Of a stretch of DNA of 64,000 bases, positions 41,482 through 52,367 are shown piece after piece (position 1 is the stretch's first letter; every line of letters begins with the position of its first letter). The stretch lies in NCBI GenBank assembly GCA_049512075.1, contig JBEKXL010000014.1, positions 1-64,000 on the forward strand, given 5' to 3'. A program made the position numbers and the translations under genes. Origin of the DNA: Candidatus Bathyarchaeia archaeon. GTDB taxonomy: Archaea; Thermoproteota; Bathyarchaeia; Bathyarchaeales; Bathycorpusculaceae. The notes beneath the pieces were generated by a model. It had not been told where the DNA came from. It did no database searches and saw only the letters and a list, made by a program, of their open reading frames with translations.

Positions 41482-42345
41482 CTAAGCCAGTTGGCAAAGG
41501 GCAATGAAGATGGGCAGGCATTTTGGGTAGTAGTTTGCTACCAGCGCTGTGTATGATGGTGTAGTTGGACCGTCGATTTCAAGAAGCCACGCGCAGGCCT
41601 TGAAGAGGTATGAAGCGTCGCTAATGGCGAAACCACCACCCGACAATTTAGTCGTCGAATATGGTGTGACCTTGCGTTGACTGCTTATTTGAGCGATTTT
41701 TGCCTTCACTGTGTTGACGAGTGCAGTGCTGTCGCCACTCGAATAGAAGAGTCTTGGACCGCCCCACATATGTGTGTTAACGTAGAACTTTGGTTGATAC
41801 GTCTTGAAAGCGTTCCGTAGTGCTTGGGTTTCCTTTTCGCTTGCTGCGTAAGGTCCCCTGTACTCTGTACTTGATGGACTGCTGCTTCCAGTAGTGCCCC
41901 ACCCATAAACAAAGTTCCTGTTTAGGTTCACATGGTTTGTGTTTGTTCGTGCGGAAGTGTCAACATCAACAACTGGGATGAAAAGAACATAGTCTTTCAC
42001 AAGAATGGATTTTGCAGTTGGATCCTTGCTTTCCAATAACCATTTGGCAATGAGAAGCTCTACTTCGCTTCCCATGTCTTCGCCGCCGTGTAACTGTGCA
42101 TCCCACATTATTGCCGGGCCCTTTGGATTGCCGATGCGAAATATCCAAATGTCATTGCCTTGCGTGGATTTTCCAAGCGAAACGTATGAAGCGCGATTGC
42201 TATGCGAGTCGCAAAGAGTTTTGAACTTTGCTATGACGGAGGTTTTGCTTTCATAAAGTGCCTGTGTCTGCAACGGTGTTGCCATAAAGATAGTGAACAC
42301 AGCAAGGAACGCACACACAAACACAATTTTCAGTTTTTGGTTCAT
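41482..42345 (-). CDS. Secreted M14 zinc carboxypeptidase
   Basis: LGKSTQG, HGGE, VNLNRNF, YRGPYAASEKET, NTH, LEI. Confidence 0.88.
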   Translation of the reverse strand: MNQKLKIVFVCAFLAVFTIFMATPLQTQALYESKTSVIAKFKTLCDSHSNRASYVSLGKSTQGNDIWIFRIGNPKGPAIMWDAQLHGGEDMGSEVELLIAKWLLESKDPTAKSILVKDYVLFIPVVDVDTSARTNTNHVNLNRNFVYGWGTTGSSSPSSTEYRGPYAASEKETQALRNAFKTYQPKFYVNTHMWGGPRLFYSSGDSTALVNTVKAKIAQISSQRKVTPYSTTKLSGGGFAISDASYLFKACAWLLEIDGPTTPSYTALVANYYPKCLPIFIALCQLA

Positions 42346-42733
42346 GGCATTTCTCCAACCGAGGTCTCGGTAACGAGAAGCCGTTTCTTAAGGGTTTTTG
42401 TGAATCAATGTTTGTCTATTTGTAAATTCTGCTTCACCAGAAGAGACAACACATGCTTGGGGGGAATATCCTAACTATCAATGACAAGTTTTCATTTGGA
42501 CCTTTTCCCTCAACATCTTTGCCTAGAACCTTCATTTCTCTTAACAGCAGGCGCGCGCACTTCAATTTGTTACGTTTTATGTTTCTTTCAACATTCTGAG
42601 AGGTGCTTCAAAGAGTCTTACTGTTACGTTTTGGCTTGTAAAAGAAATATGGGAGAGCGCTCAGCTGAGTGCGAGCTCATCCTAGGTTCCCTTGCAGTTG
42701 GATTGGACTGATTGTCCGTCTTTGCACTTGTCG

Positions 42734-44128
42734 CTAGGAGTGACTACCCCTGTCCATGTTTGTCCAGCGTGAGTCTCCTTCGCTACGACAGTTAGCGCGT
42801 GCGTTGAAATGTTGCTCGAGCGTGCGTAGCGCGTGTCTTCTTCTGTAGACTATTACTGATAGTAGTGTTGCGATCATGAACACGAGCAGCAATAATGATG
42901 TTGGGAGTTCTGGAATCACATAGTAATCATAGTATAGTATATACCCCATGCTTTGCGTCGTTATAGAGTTGTTGGCGAAATCCTCTGCTACCACAACGTA
43001 TGTAACGTGGGTCCCGTTCGCAAATGCTGGAATCGTAGCATTGTACTTGTTCCCCTGCAAATTACTCATAACAACTGAATACGGTTCCGACCCATCTATA
43101 GTGTAATTCAGGAGGACTTGTCTTACACCGCTCAAATCATCAGTAACGTTCGCAAAGACCTCAACCGTATCTTTAGAAGTGACATTGTCCGCAGGCGGTA
43201 ACTGATATACATCTGTTATGTTGGGTGGATTGGTGTCATCAAGCACGGCATTGAACTTTTCACCGAGAGTTTCAGCAAACACTAAGGAGTCTGTCACTAA
43301 TCTGATCCATCCCGGGTTGAATGGTGGGGCCAGGTGTGCAGGTTGTGGACGCACAACCCAGCTTTCCAGCCAGTCTTTGTACAGGGTGAAATTACCTATT
43401 CCTTCTACATCCAGTTCGTCGAGTCCTTGACTCACAGCATAGTTCACGACGGCAATAACATCGTCATGTGCGTCAGGTGAACCACCGCTACCATCCAGAT
43501 CGCTTGTCGCGTTGTAGTTTCTAATGTTAGCTTCGCCGTCAGTCGCCAAGTTGATAACTTGCTCTTCCGACAAAGCGAAATTAGGCGAGTTTCTGAGTTC
43601 AGTCCATCCGAGGAAGATTCCGTCAGCCATCGCGGTGCTGTAATTGCCTTTCGGCATTGCAAGAACTATATCGATTATAGCTGCAAAGTTCCCATCGTCG
43701 ACCACTGTGGGGGGCAGCTCCGTCTTCGCAGACCCATTGGATGCAGAATAACCAAATTGAACTATCGTAAGTTCTACTGAGCCATCCTTCGGAATGGTGC
43801 TGTTTATGGCTTCTGCCACACCATTCTTGGTCATGTTCCACCTGGCGTCACTGACGCTGCTTGAACCGTCAATGATTATGCACATCTGAGTTCTCACTGA
43901 AGTGGCATATGCCTTTGAAATTGGGTTTAAAATGCCCAAGAACATTAACGCAATCAACAGAAAGCTCCCACACTTTAAGACGTTCTTCTTTTTGAACTGC
44001 TTGGGTAATGTTTGAAGCGCTGCAGAAAGAAGATCATTTCTCTTCCACTGCTCGTAGCGTGTCGAGTTCGATTTGATTAAAGCCCCAAGGACTTGTTCGT
44101 CTGAGTCTCTTGCCTTCTTCTGTGTCAT
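42734..44128 (-). CDS. Secreted vWA-domain protein + Ig-like domain + PEF-CTERM-like tail
   Basis: MIDAS motif IIDGSSSV...T...ATDG; VIPELPTSLLLLVFMIATLLSVIVYRRR. Start uncertain. Confidence 0.8.
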   Translation of the reverse strand: MTQKKARDSDEQVLGALIKSNSTRYEQWKRNDLLSAALQTLPKQFKKKNVLKCGSFLLIALMFLGILNPISKAYATSVRTQMCIIIDGSSSVSDARWNMTKNGVAEAINSTIPKDGSVELTIVQFGYSASNGSAKTELPPTVVDDGNFAAIIDIVLAMPKGNYSTAMADGIFLGWTELRNSPNFALSEEQVINLATDGEANIRNYNATSDLDGSGGSPDAHDDVIAVVNYAVSQGLDELDVEGIGNFTLYKDWLESWVVRPQPAHLAPPFNPGWIRLVTDSLVFAETLGEKFNAVLDDTNPPNITDVYQLPPADNVTSKDTVEVFANVTDDLSGVRQVLLNYTIDGSEPYSVVMSNLQGNKYNATIPAFANGTHVTYVVVAEDFANNSITTQSMGYILYYDYYVIPELPTSLLLLVFMIATLLSVIVYRRRHALRTLEQHFNARANCRSEGDSRWTNMDRGSHS

Positions 44129-44446
44129 TTCGTTCTCCACCGACTTCTCGATCTTTACTTTCTGATTTCGAATATTAGCGCGCGCTATATTTATGTTCTT
44201 CCGAAACCTGTAATATTCCCAATTCTTGATAAAGCGGGCTGGTAGAACGCGCGAAATTTTGATTGATGAACTCGGAAGAAAACTCACTGCCCGTCTATTG
44301 TTACAAAATCTCCTTAAGGGCCTTCTTGGCCGGGCAGAGAGAGTGTCATTTGTCACGAACGGCTTAGCGCGCGCTTAGCACGTACTTCATTGGACTGTGC
44401 TTAGATTGGTATCTCGCATTAAGAAAAGTGCGTGCGCGCGCGTCTA

Positions 44447-45847
44447 TCATGGTTTCGACTGTAGCAAAGCAACAGCATATCCGTTTAGCGTAATTGGTGC
44501 TCCTTGGGCGAGGGTCCCTTTTTGAATTCTCGGTGTTTGCCATGATATTGTGTTGTCTATCTTGAGATAATTTATTGTTCCCTTAAGTCCGCTCATGCAT
44601 ACCGTTCGCGCGGCATTTGCTTTGCAGATTAGCAGGGTGTTCAGGGTTCCGGCGTGTATCCAAGCTATCACCCTTATATCTCCTGATGAACTTGTCGAGT
44701 CCACCAAGCTGTCTCCAACAGCCAGGTTGTTGGCAATCATTTGTTGTGCATAGTAGGGATACCACGGTTTGTTGTTGGTAGTGTCCACCATCCCGACACC
44801 TGTAGATCCTTCGCTACCGAAATTATGGTAGACGGTGTAGGACACGTTCTTGAGCATGAACGTTCTTATCGACAAAGCAGTATATACTGCTCCAAGCATT
44901 TTGCGCGTCCTCGAATCCGTGCCGCTGCTGTAAGCGCTGTTTAGATTCCCTTCAGACATAATCACAGGTAGAGTAACTCCTCTTGCGTTTTTGTAAACCT
45001 GTCTTGCAGTGTCAATGCCATATTTTGCGCTGCTGTCATTGATGTACAGATTTTCAGCTGCCGTCAGGAGAGTCTGGTCGGTGGCGCTCATTGATGATGA
45101 GCCGTACCTGTGAAACTCTAGGAAGTCAAGTTTTCCCCCTTGGGTTAGGAAATAGTTCAGTGCCACTTTCTTGTTAGAGTCGTCAAATGAAATCTTTACA
45201 TTGGGATTCACCTGACGCATTGAATCGGCTGCTTGATTAAAGAGCTTGACATAATTGCCGAGTTTGGGCTGCGTTGGGTTCCAACCATAGTAAAAGAATT
45301 CTTCATTAACAATCTCGTAGTATTTGACAGGCAAGTTTACAGTTTGGAAGTGCTTCACCCAAGCGGTGCAGTAGGCTGCCCACTGATCGAGTCGAGGCAA
45401 CCCAGTGGCAGGATCATCAGTCATTCCTTTTGGTTTTACAAGCTTGTTCGTATTCCAATCAAAGAACCCTAGACAGATGAGCGGTTCTGCACCCATTTGG
45501 ATTACATTCTTGATTAGACTGTCTATTTTTGTCCACTGGAACGTTCCCGTCTTTAAGGCTTCGTTCCATTGCGTACATGGTTCCATGAAACGGTTTATGA
45601 AACGTACCATTTTGAAACCAGCGCTGGAGGCTAGGTTTCTCAACGTTGAAGATGACTGAAAGGTACCTATCTCACCAGTTAACTCCATTCCCAAGGAGAG
45701 ACTGTTTTTTCCAGTGCTTTTTGCGGCATTGACCGTAACGGTTATCTGTGTTTGGCCATAGGCGAAGGAGAGAGTGGAGCACATCGCGGCGATTATTAGG
45801 AGAGCGGCCAAGCCACATTTGAAGAGCTCTCTAGAACGGGCAGGCAT
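44447..45847 (-). CDS. Secreted GH39-like glycoside hydrolase, paralog 2
   Basis: Paralog of 37132-38619 (DQWAAYC..WV.HF, YYEIVNEE, FHRYG, IMSEGNLNSAY). Start placed at ATG 45847. Confidence 0.78.
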   Translation of the reverse strand: MPARSRELFKCGLAALLIIAAMCSTLSFAYGQTQITVTVNAAKSTGKNSLSLGMELTGEIGTFQSSSTLRNLASSAGFKMVRFINRFMEPCTQWNEALKTGTFQWTKIDSLIKNVIQMGAEPLICLGFFDWNTNKLVKPKGMTDDPATGLPRLDQWAAYCTAWVKHFQTVNLPVKYYEIVNEEFFYYGWNPTQPKLGNYVKLFNQAADSMRQVNPNVKISFDDSNKKVALNYFLTQGGKLDFLEFHRYGSSSMSATDQTLLTAAENLYINDSSAKYGIDTARQVYKNARGVTLPVIMSEGNLNSAYSSGTDSRTRKMLGAVYTALSIRTFMLKNVSYTVYHNFGSEGSTGVGMVDTTNNKPWYPYYAQQMIANNLAVGDSLVDSTSSSGDIRVIAWIHAGTLNTLLICKANAARTVCMSGLKGTINYLKIDNTISWQTPRIQKGTLAQGAPITLNGYAVALLQSKP

Positions 45848-46133
45848 TAACTTATTGCCTCCTTTGCTTCGCTGAGCCAAAATGGCCAATCCTCATTTGT
45901 ATAATAGCGTGTGATATCTACTGGTCCGTGCATAACGTTATCTAAGCAGAAATATGGATTAGAAGCACGAGCTCTTGAAGATGATGAAATTTGCGTGTTG
46001 TCGACCATTGTCTCACGTCAACGGCTGCGAGAATATGAAATGTCTAGTCATAAGATTTTCTGAGAAGAATCCTTTGGCTCTTGGTCAACATTTGTTGGAA
46101 AATGATGGATTGCATGTAGATGCCTTTCAGAGT

Positions 46134-46832
46134 TCAATTTCTCAGGTTTACTACAGTCGTTCCTGAAAACTTGTCGAAGTATTTTATGAACCGCTTGTCC
46201 TTCAGTCTCAGTCCTATTAGTAGATCTACTGGTAGAAGGAAAACCTTCCCGAAATTTCTGACAGCTGCATGATCATAGGACAGTTTTTTGCCATCGGTTC
46301 GGATTACTCTGAGACCGAAAAGTCGTTTCCCCAGAGTCTGGCCTGCAAACCCTTCGAGGAGGGTCAAATACATCCATAAAAGGAGGAAAAAAAGTACGAC
46401 ATTGTTGAAATCAGGACTGAATCCGCGTAAAGCAATTGAAGAGAAAGATGCTGGTAGGGCTATGAATAGTGTGAGGGCAATTGTCAAGTCGGTCAGAGAT
46501 GCTAGGGTTCTTTTTCTGAGGTTGGCTAGGGGAAGCACTGAATTATCTCTTGCAATGTCGACTTCAACTGCCCATGTCTCTAGGTCTTTGATTAGCTTGA
46601 AGGCATTTTCACCCGCATTATTCAGTCGGTATTTACCTGCAGATGTTTGCTCCAGAAAGTTGTCGAGACTTCGTAGGTGAAAGCTCAGTTTCCCAGTGTC
46701 AATGCCTAAAGCCACCATCAAATCTGTAAAAGAGCTTTCTTTCTGTTCGCTTATGTGTGCTAGGATTTCTCTTCTCAAAGGGTGAGATAGGGCCGACAAT
46801 ATTCTGGAAACGCTGTCTTGATCAGTAGCCAT
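46134..46832 (-). CDS. ArsR-type wHTH fused to an RDD-family membrane domain
   Basis: ALSHPLRREIL...GKLSFHLRSL; KRTLASLTD...GQTLGKRLFGLRV...VRN...DKFSGTTVV. Confidence 0.85.
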   Translation of the reverse strand: MATDQDSVSRILSALSHPLRREILAHISEQKESSFTDLMVALGIDTGKLSFHLRSLDNFLEQTSAGKYRLNNAGENAFKLIKDLETWAVEVDIARDNSVLPLANLRKRTLASLTDLTIALTLFIALPASFSSIALRGFSPDFNNVVLFFLLLWMYLTLLEGFAGQTLGKRLFGLRVIRTDGKKLSYDHAAVRNFGKVFLLPVDLLIGLRLKDKRFIKYFDKFSGTTVVNLRN

Positions 46833-47022
46833 GGTGCGAAATCGAAACTCTCTTGCGTAGGAACCCTCTCCTTCTCCCAGATAAATCTACTGCAGATTGT
46901 GCCTTTTTATCCTGTTTGCTTTCGAGTGCTATAATTTGATACGTGCACCATAGAGGATTATTCCATATACACTTTTATATTCAGGTCTTAACATCTTTAC
47001 TGAATTAAGAGAAGGGAGCTCT

Positions 47023-50000
47023 TTGAAAAAGTTTAGATATCGAAGCGTGTTTACAGCTCTACTCATATCTGCGATGATTCTTTTTAGCGGCGTCTTTCCT
47101 TCTTCAAGGCTTTTCCAAGCCGCCCAAGCATCCACAGTGTTGGTGGATCAAAAGTGGAGGGCCGGCGACTTCGGAAACGGCTTGTGGGAAGGTGGAATAG
47201 TTGTCGGAGATGTTAACAAGACCAATCCAGGTGAAGAAGTCGTTTTTGCCACTGACAACAACGGTGGCACGGTCTATTGTCTGGATGGAAATACTGGACA
47301 CGTGTTATGGACTTATAGCGACAGCTCCATATACGCGTATGCACAGACTCAACTCTATGATCTTGATGGTGACGGTAACCTCGAAGTATGCGTTCCCCTG
47401 TATTACCCTCCTGGTCTTCTAGTGCTAAGGTCGAATGGAACGCTTTATTGGAAAACGTATATAGCAAATGGTGGAACCACAATGGGCTCTTTTGTCGCTG
47501 CCGACGTTGACGGAGACGGAAAACTCGAAATATTCCACGGATCACAAAACGTTGAAGCAGGTACCAACGGCATCTTTGTAGGGAGAATCACCAAGCTGAG
47601 CTATAATGGCAAGATATTGGCGCAGACTTTCAATTGGAGGGCATGTTCCGGCGGCGTTTCCATTGCAGATACTGATAATGACGGTCAGTTCGAAATCTAT
47701 ACCGGAGACAGAGACATGTACATGAACGATGGCGACTACGGCAAGGGAGTTAGATCATTCTGGGCGAGCAATCTTACACAGAGATGGTGTCACCCTGACA
47801 TTCTCAGTAGCAGCCAATGTCCAGTGCTCGCCGACGTCGATGGCGACGGAGTGCTCGACGTAATCGTCAGCGACATGAGTGGCGGAGTGGTATGTCTCAA
47901 CTCTACAAGTGGCAGTGCAAAATCCATCAGCCCGAATGCTCGTTTCAGAGACACTGGCAATATCAATGTGCCGGGGCATTATCAAGAAACCGTAGGCGAC
48001 GTTGACGGAGACGGTCACCTAGAACTGGTCACAGCGGACGGTACGCACAATGGGGGTTATGCTGACTACTCGAATCAGGTTGTAATATATGACTTGTATA
48101 CTGGGCAAGTTGAGGCAAGACTCAATCTTGGGCTATGCAAGTACGCTCCAACGCTTGCCAACTTAACAGGTGGCAGCACCTGGGACATAATCGCCTGCAA
48201 CATGACCTCAATATTTATCTTTAGATACGACAGTGTGGCGAAGAATTACACGAAACTTGACGAAATAGACAATCTCATGTATGGACTCATGTACGGAATC
48301 GTGCAAGACATCGACAACGACGGCAAACTCGAGGTCGTTGTCGGCAGAGCAAGCGGCTCCTCTTCCTATATCTATGCCTTCGACACCAACGCGCCCAAAC
48401 CTACTCAGAGAATAAGGTCAGATGTGAGATGGTACAGCGAATACAGACGTGGAGTAGCCGAGTACATTGCACAACCAACCTACGGCCAAAACCACACAAC
48501 AGTTCAGTTCGAATCCGCGTCAACAGAACTGATTCAAGATGTTTCATCGTCTTTTGGTAAGACGAATATTGGCGGTAGCAATACTAATGTTGCTCAGTAC
48601 TGGTATGGGAGTAGATACCAGATTTCAGAGAATGGAACGGCTAACAGCATAAGTCTCTACGTTTCGGAGAGGAATGGTGAAAACAGGCCTTTGAAGGTTG
48701 CCATCTATGACGATAACAGCGGCACACCGCTTAACCTCTTGGCTCAAGGAACCTCGACAATCCCCGCCAACTTCACAGGTTGGCTTAACGTGGCCTTGTC
48801 ATCTTCTCCAGACTTGTTTGCTGGCGATTATTATTGGTTGACGGCTAACGCTATTGCTTCTGGTAAGACTGTTAGGTTCTACTACGATACGGGAACTACG
48901 AATCAAGGAGTGTATGGCACTACCAGTTTTGCAAGTTTTCCGCTCAACCCCTGCACTTACTCGAGCCTTAACAGTCGCGCCTACAGCATCTACTGCAACT
49001 ATTCGCCTGCAGGTCCTACTGGCTTCAACGTGACAAGTGATGCGCCAACGGGCTCGGCTGTTGATGTAAGCACTACAATTGAGGTTAACTTCAGCCAGCC
49101 TGCAGAGCACAGTTCGGTAGAAGCGGCTTTCTCAATTAATCCAGTTGTCTCAGGCACCTTCAGCTGGAGTCCAGACGACATTGCGATGATTTTTACTCCC
49201 AGCTCCAATCTTACTTATGGAACTCCGTACACAGTCACACTGACGACAGCAGCTCAAAGCCAGCTAAGCGAAAACCTGTCAGCGCCCATCGGCTGGAGTT
49301 TCACCACAGGAATTAATCCAGGAACGATCTCGTCGTCTTTTGGTAAGACGAATATTGGCGGTAGCAATACTAATCTTGCTCAATACTGGTATGGAAGTAA
49401 GTACCAAATTCCGGAGAATGGAACGGCTAACAGCATAAGCCTCTACGTTTCGGAGAGGAATGGTGAAAACAGGCCTTTGAAGGTAGCCATCTACCAAGAC
49501 AGTAGTGGTGTACCAACCACCCTTCTAGCCCAAGGAGTCAGCACGATCCCCGCAAGTTTCACAGGCTGGTTCACAGTCTCTTTATCATCCTATCCAGACT
49601 TGTTTGCTGGCGATTATTATTGGTTGACGGCTAACGCTATTGCTTCTGGTAAGACTGTTAGGTTCTACTACGATACGGGAACTACGAATCAAGGAGTGTA
49701 TGGCACTACCAGTTTTGCAAGTTTTCCGCTCAACCCCTGCACTTACTCGAGCCTTAACAGTCGCGCCTACAGCATCTACTGCAATTACACAGGTGCGCAA
49801 TCTGCGCCTAAAATAGTAAGTACTGTTCCGACGAATGGGACAGTTGATGTTCCCTTAAGTTCGACTGTTGTCGTTACTTTCAGCAAGCCGATGAACACGA
49901 CTTCAGTGCAAGCTGCGTTCTCCATGAATCCTTTGACTACGGGCTCTTTCAGCTGGGGCCTAGGCGACACTGTTATGACGTTCACACCTACGTCTAACCT

Positions 50001-52299
50001 CACAGCTAGCACTAGCTACAACGCCGCGATAACGGCAGCAGCCCAAAGCAAAGACGGGAATAACCTGATCGCAGGGACGTGGGCTTTCAAGACTGTGTCA
50101 CCGAACCCCTGGGTTCTTCAGCGCCTAGCAAACGGCGACCTTGTGTGCACCAATATCACCAATGTCGACCCGTCCATTTCTCGTGTCTTCAACTGGTATG
50201 TCAATGACTACAAGAATCCAACCATAACAAGCCCGACATCTCTGACTAATTTATTGATGACTTTCAGTACCAATGACGGCACTAGTCCAGTGGATTACTC
50301 ACCATATGATAACAACGGCGTCAACTATGGCGCGTCGTGGATGAGCACGCACGGCGGTGCATACTACTTCGATGGTGTTTCTGACTATATTCAAATTCCA
50401 GATGGCAGTCCAGGGTACTTCAATGGCAGTATGAAACCAAGAGTAGGAGATCTCATTTCCGACGGCAACAAGTCTGAGATGACCTTGGAATTGTGGGTCT
50501 ACTTGTCTGAGAACCAGAAGAACGTAAGATTTGTGTCGAAGATACCAAGCTACGAGATTGGCCTATCATTCTCGGGGTCTAACAGGCTTTTCGCCGGGGT
50601 TTGGACTCAAACGGGAACTGATTTCACAGATAAAGGTTTCCTCGGCTACTACTCAGCAACGAGCGCTAATAATGCAATCAGCATCAATAGTTGGCACCAA
50701 GTTGCACTCACCTATAAGGACGGACAGGGCCTGAAACTCTATCTAGATGGAAATATGGTCGCGTCGTACAGTGGTGCAAGCGGCAACATCCACTGTAGCA
50801 GCGGCGAGCCTCTAGTCCTGGGCTGGTTTGACTATTTCCACGGCATGATTAGCCAAGTAAGGCTTTATCCCAAGAGCTTGTCTGGTGCACAGATTTCCCA
50901 GCGCTATGCGGAAGTTTACCAGGCCATAACCACTCAATCAATCATGAAGTCCGCTCAAACAAGAGGACAAGAAACATGGATGTGCGAAGTGATCACGAAT
51001 GGAACATCACAGCTAACCAACAGCATACTCATACCAAACAATCCTCCAAGTGCAGACAATCTAGCCATCGGTCCCAGACAATCTCTTCCACCCCTGAAAA
51101 CTGACAACCTCACTGCAATATACGGCTATCATGACCCAGACGAAAACAACGAAATTGGATCTCAGATAAGGTGGTACCAGAACGGCAATCTCAGAAGCGA
51201 TTTGAACGATATGCGAATGATTCCCTCAAGTGTAACCACGACAGGTGACACATGGTATTTCACTGTTAAACCCTTTGACGGCAACCTATACGGCACGATA
51301 GTGACATCGCCCACAGTTAACATAGTTACAGACAATCCACCGACAATATCGCCAGCTCCAAGTCTATCAAAAGATGCCTCAGGCAATCTTACCTGTTCAG
51401 CAACAGCCAATGACCCAGACGGACCACTGCCCACGAGAAATATCTACAGTTGGCAAGTGAATGGTGCATCAATCGCGAATTTGCAGATGCCTTTCGATAC
51501 GTCCAACATGCTCTCAGGAGCAAAAGACTACTCACCTAATGCTAACAATGGAGTAATATCGGGCGCAACGTGGACATCCAACGGAGTAGTAGGAGGCGCA
51601 CTCCACTTTGACGGCAATGACGTCGTTACTGCTGCAGACAAGAACCTCGGTGGGGATGCTGCTGGCACGTGGACTCAATTGACAATAGAGTTTTGGATCA
51701 AGCTAGACAGTCCTCAGTGGGGGTCTAGAATAGTGGCCAAAAAGGTCGGCACATCCAGCACCGGCAGCTACATGATAGGCTTCCAGACCTCAGACCCACA
51801 TGCAAACGCACTGTTCTTCGGGGTTACAACCCCTAATGGGTTCACAGATACATCCAATGCGGGCGACTACGATACCGTGCAGCCTGGAAACGTGCTACAG
51901 GTCGGCGTGTGGTACCATATACTCTGCACATACCAATCGGGTCCCGGATTGACAATATACGTAAACGGTACTCAGACGGTAAACTTGCCCTTGAACGGCA
52001 CAATAACGACGGAAACAGAATTCGTTTCCGGAGACGAGCCACTCTTCATTGGCAGCGATGGAAGCGGGAGCTCAATACGCTATCTCAAAGGAACTCTTGA
52101 CGAACTCTTGATATATAATAGGGCTTTCACTCCTCAACAGGCATATCAGTGCTATGCAGAGTCAAAGAATGGGCAGAGCAACAGCTCAATCATAGTGGCA
52201 CAAGAGACACGTCCAGGTCAAACATGGACATGCGTGGTAACGCCGAACGACAAGTATCAAGATGGCCCCTCAGTCCAGTCAAATTCTGTCGTGACATAG
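47023..52299 (+). CDS. Giant secreted protein: FG-GAP/VCBS beta-propeller, 2x DUF4082-like, 2x Ig (Big_5-like), 2x LamG-like
   Basis: Signal peptide; repeated DxDGDGxxE; duplicated FGKTNIGG...YSIYCNY; VVTFSKPMN..SV; YYFDGVSDY..TLELWV..WHQVALTY. Confidence 0.85.
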   Translation: MKKFRYRSVFTALLISAMILFSGVFPSSRLFQAAQASTVLVDQKWRAGDFGNGLWEGGIVVGDVNKTNPGEEVVFATDNNGGTVYCLDGNTGHVLWTYSDSSIYAYAQTQLYDLDGDGNLEVCVPLYYPPGLLVLRSNGTLYWKTYIANGGTTMGSFVAADVDGDGKLEIFHGSQNVEAGTNGIFVGRITKLSYNGKILAQTFNWRACSGGVSIADTDNDGQFEIYTGDRDMYMNDGDYGKGVRSFWASNLTQRWCHPDILSSSQCPVLADVDGDGVLDVIVSDMSGGVVCLNSTSGSAKSISPNARFRDTGNINVPGHYQETVGDVDGDGHLELVTADGTHNGGYADYSNQVVIYDLYTGQVEARLNLGLCKYAPTLANLTGGSTWDIIACNMTSIFIFRYDSVAKNYTKLDEIDNLMYGLMYGIVQDIDNDGKLEVVVGRASGSSSYIYAFDTNAPKPTQRIRSDVRWYSEYRRGVAEYIAQPTYGQNHTTVQFESASTELIQDVSSSFGKTNIGGSNTNVAQYWYGSRYQISENGTANSISLYVSERNGENRPLKVAIYDDNSGTPLNLLAQGTSTIPANFTGWLNVALSSSPDLFAGDYYWLTANAIASGKTVRFYYDTGTTNQGVYGTTSFASFPLNPCTYSSLNSRAYSIYCNYSPAGPTGFNVTSDAPTGSAVDVSTTIEVNFSQPAEHSSVEAAFSINPVVSGTFSWSPDDIAMIFTPSSNLTYGTPYTVTLTTAAQSQLSENLSAPIGWSFTTGINPGTISSSFGKTNIGGSNTNLAQYWYGSKYQIPENGTANSISLYVSERNGENRPLKVAIYQDSSGVPTTLLAQGVSTIPASFTGWFTVSLSSYPDLFAGDYYWLTANAIASGKTVRFYYDTGTTNQGVYGTTSFASFPLNPCTYSSLNSRAYSIYCNYTGAQSAPKIVSTVPTNGTVDVPLSSTVVVTFSKPMNTTSVQAAFSMNPLTTGSFSWGLGDTVMTFTPTSNLTASTSYNAAITAAAQSKDGNNLIAGTWAFKTVSPNPWVLQRLANGDLVCTNITNVDPSISRVFNWYVNDYKNPTITSPTSLTNLLMTFSTNDGTSPVDYSPYDNNGVNYGASWMSTHGGAYYFDGVSDYIQIPDGSPGYFNGSMKPRVGDLISDGNKSEMTLELWVYLSENQKNVRFVSKIPSYEIGLSFSGSNRLFAGVWTQTGTDFTDKGFLGYYSATSANNAISINSWHQVALTYKDGQGLKLYLDGNMVASYSGASGNIHCSSGEPLVLGWFDYFHGMISQVRLYPKSLSGAQISQRYAEVYQAITTQSIMKSAQTRGQETWMCEVITNGTSQLTNSILIPNNPPSADNLAIGPRQSLPPLKTDNLTAIYGYHDPDENNEIGSQIRWYQNGNLRSDLNDMRMIPSSVTTTGDTWYFTVKPFDGNLYGTIVTSPTVNIVTDNPPTISPAPSLSKDASGNLTCSATANDPDGPLPTRNIYSWQVNGASIANLQMPFDTSNMLSGAKDYSPNANNGVISGATWTSNGVVGGALHFDGNDVVTAADKNLGGDAAGTWTQLTIEFWIKLDSPQWGSRIVAKKVGTSSTGSYMIGFQTSDPHANALFFGVTTPNGFTDTSNAGDYDTVQPGNVLQVGVWYHILCTYQSGPGLTIYVNGTQTVNLPLNGTITTETEFVSGDEPLFIGSDGSGSSIRYLKGTLDELLIYNRAFTPQQAYQCYAESKNGQSNSSIIVAQETRPGQTWTCVVTPNDKYQDGPSVQSNSVVT
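48544..49786 (+). repeat. Intragenic duplication of about 455 bp (48544-49000 and 49330-49786); third copy at about 61860-62310
   Basis: The 3' ~190 bp of copies 1 and 2 are identical; the middle segment of copy 2 matches copy 3. Confidence 0.9.
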
Positions 52300-52367
52300 A
52301 AGGCTGAAAAAGGGAAAAGCTAAAGTCTCCGAAAAACGACAAGTGGGCACAGGATAGGTGAGAGACT

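Noticed and set aside
48544-49786. Diversity-generating retroelement TR/VR pair
   Set aside because: Differences are not adenine-specific, both copies are in-frame domains, and no reverse transcriptase is present.
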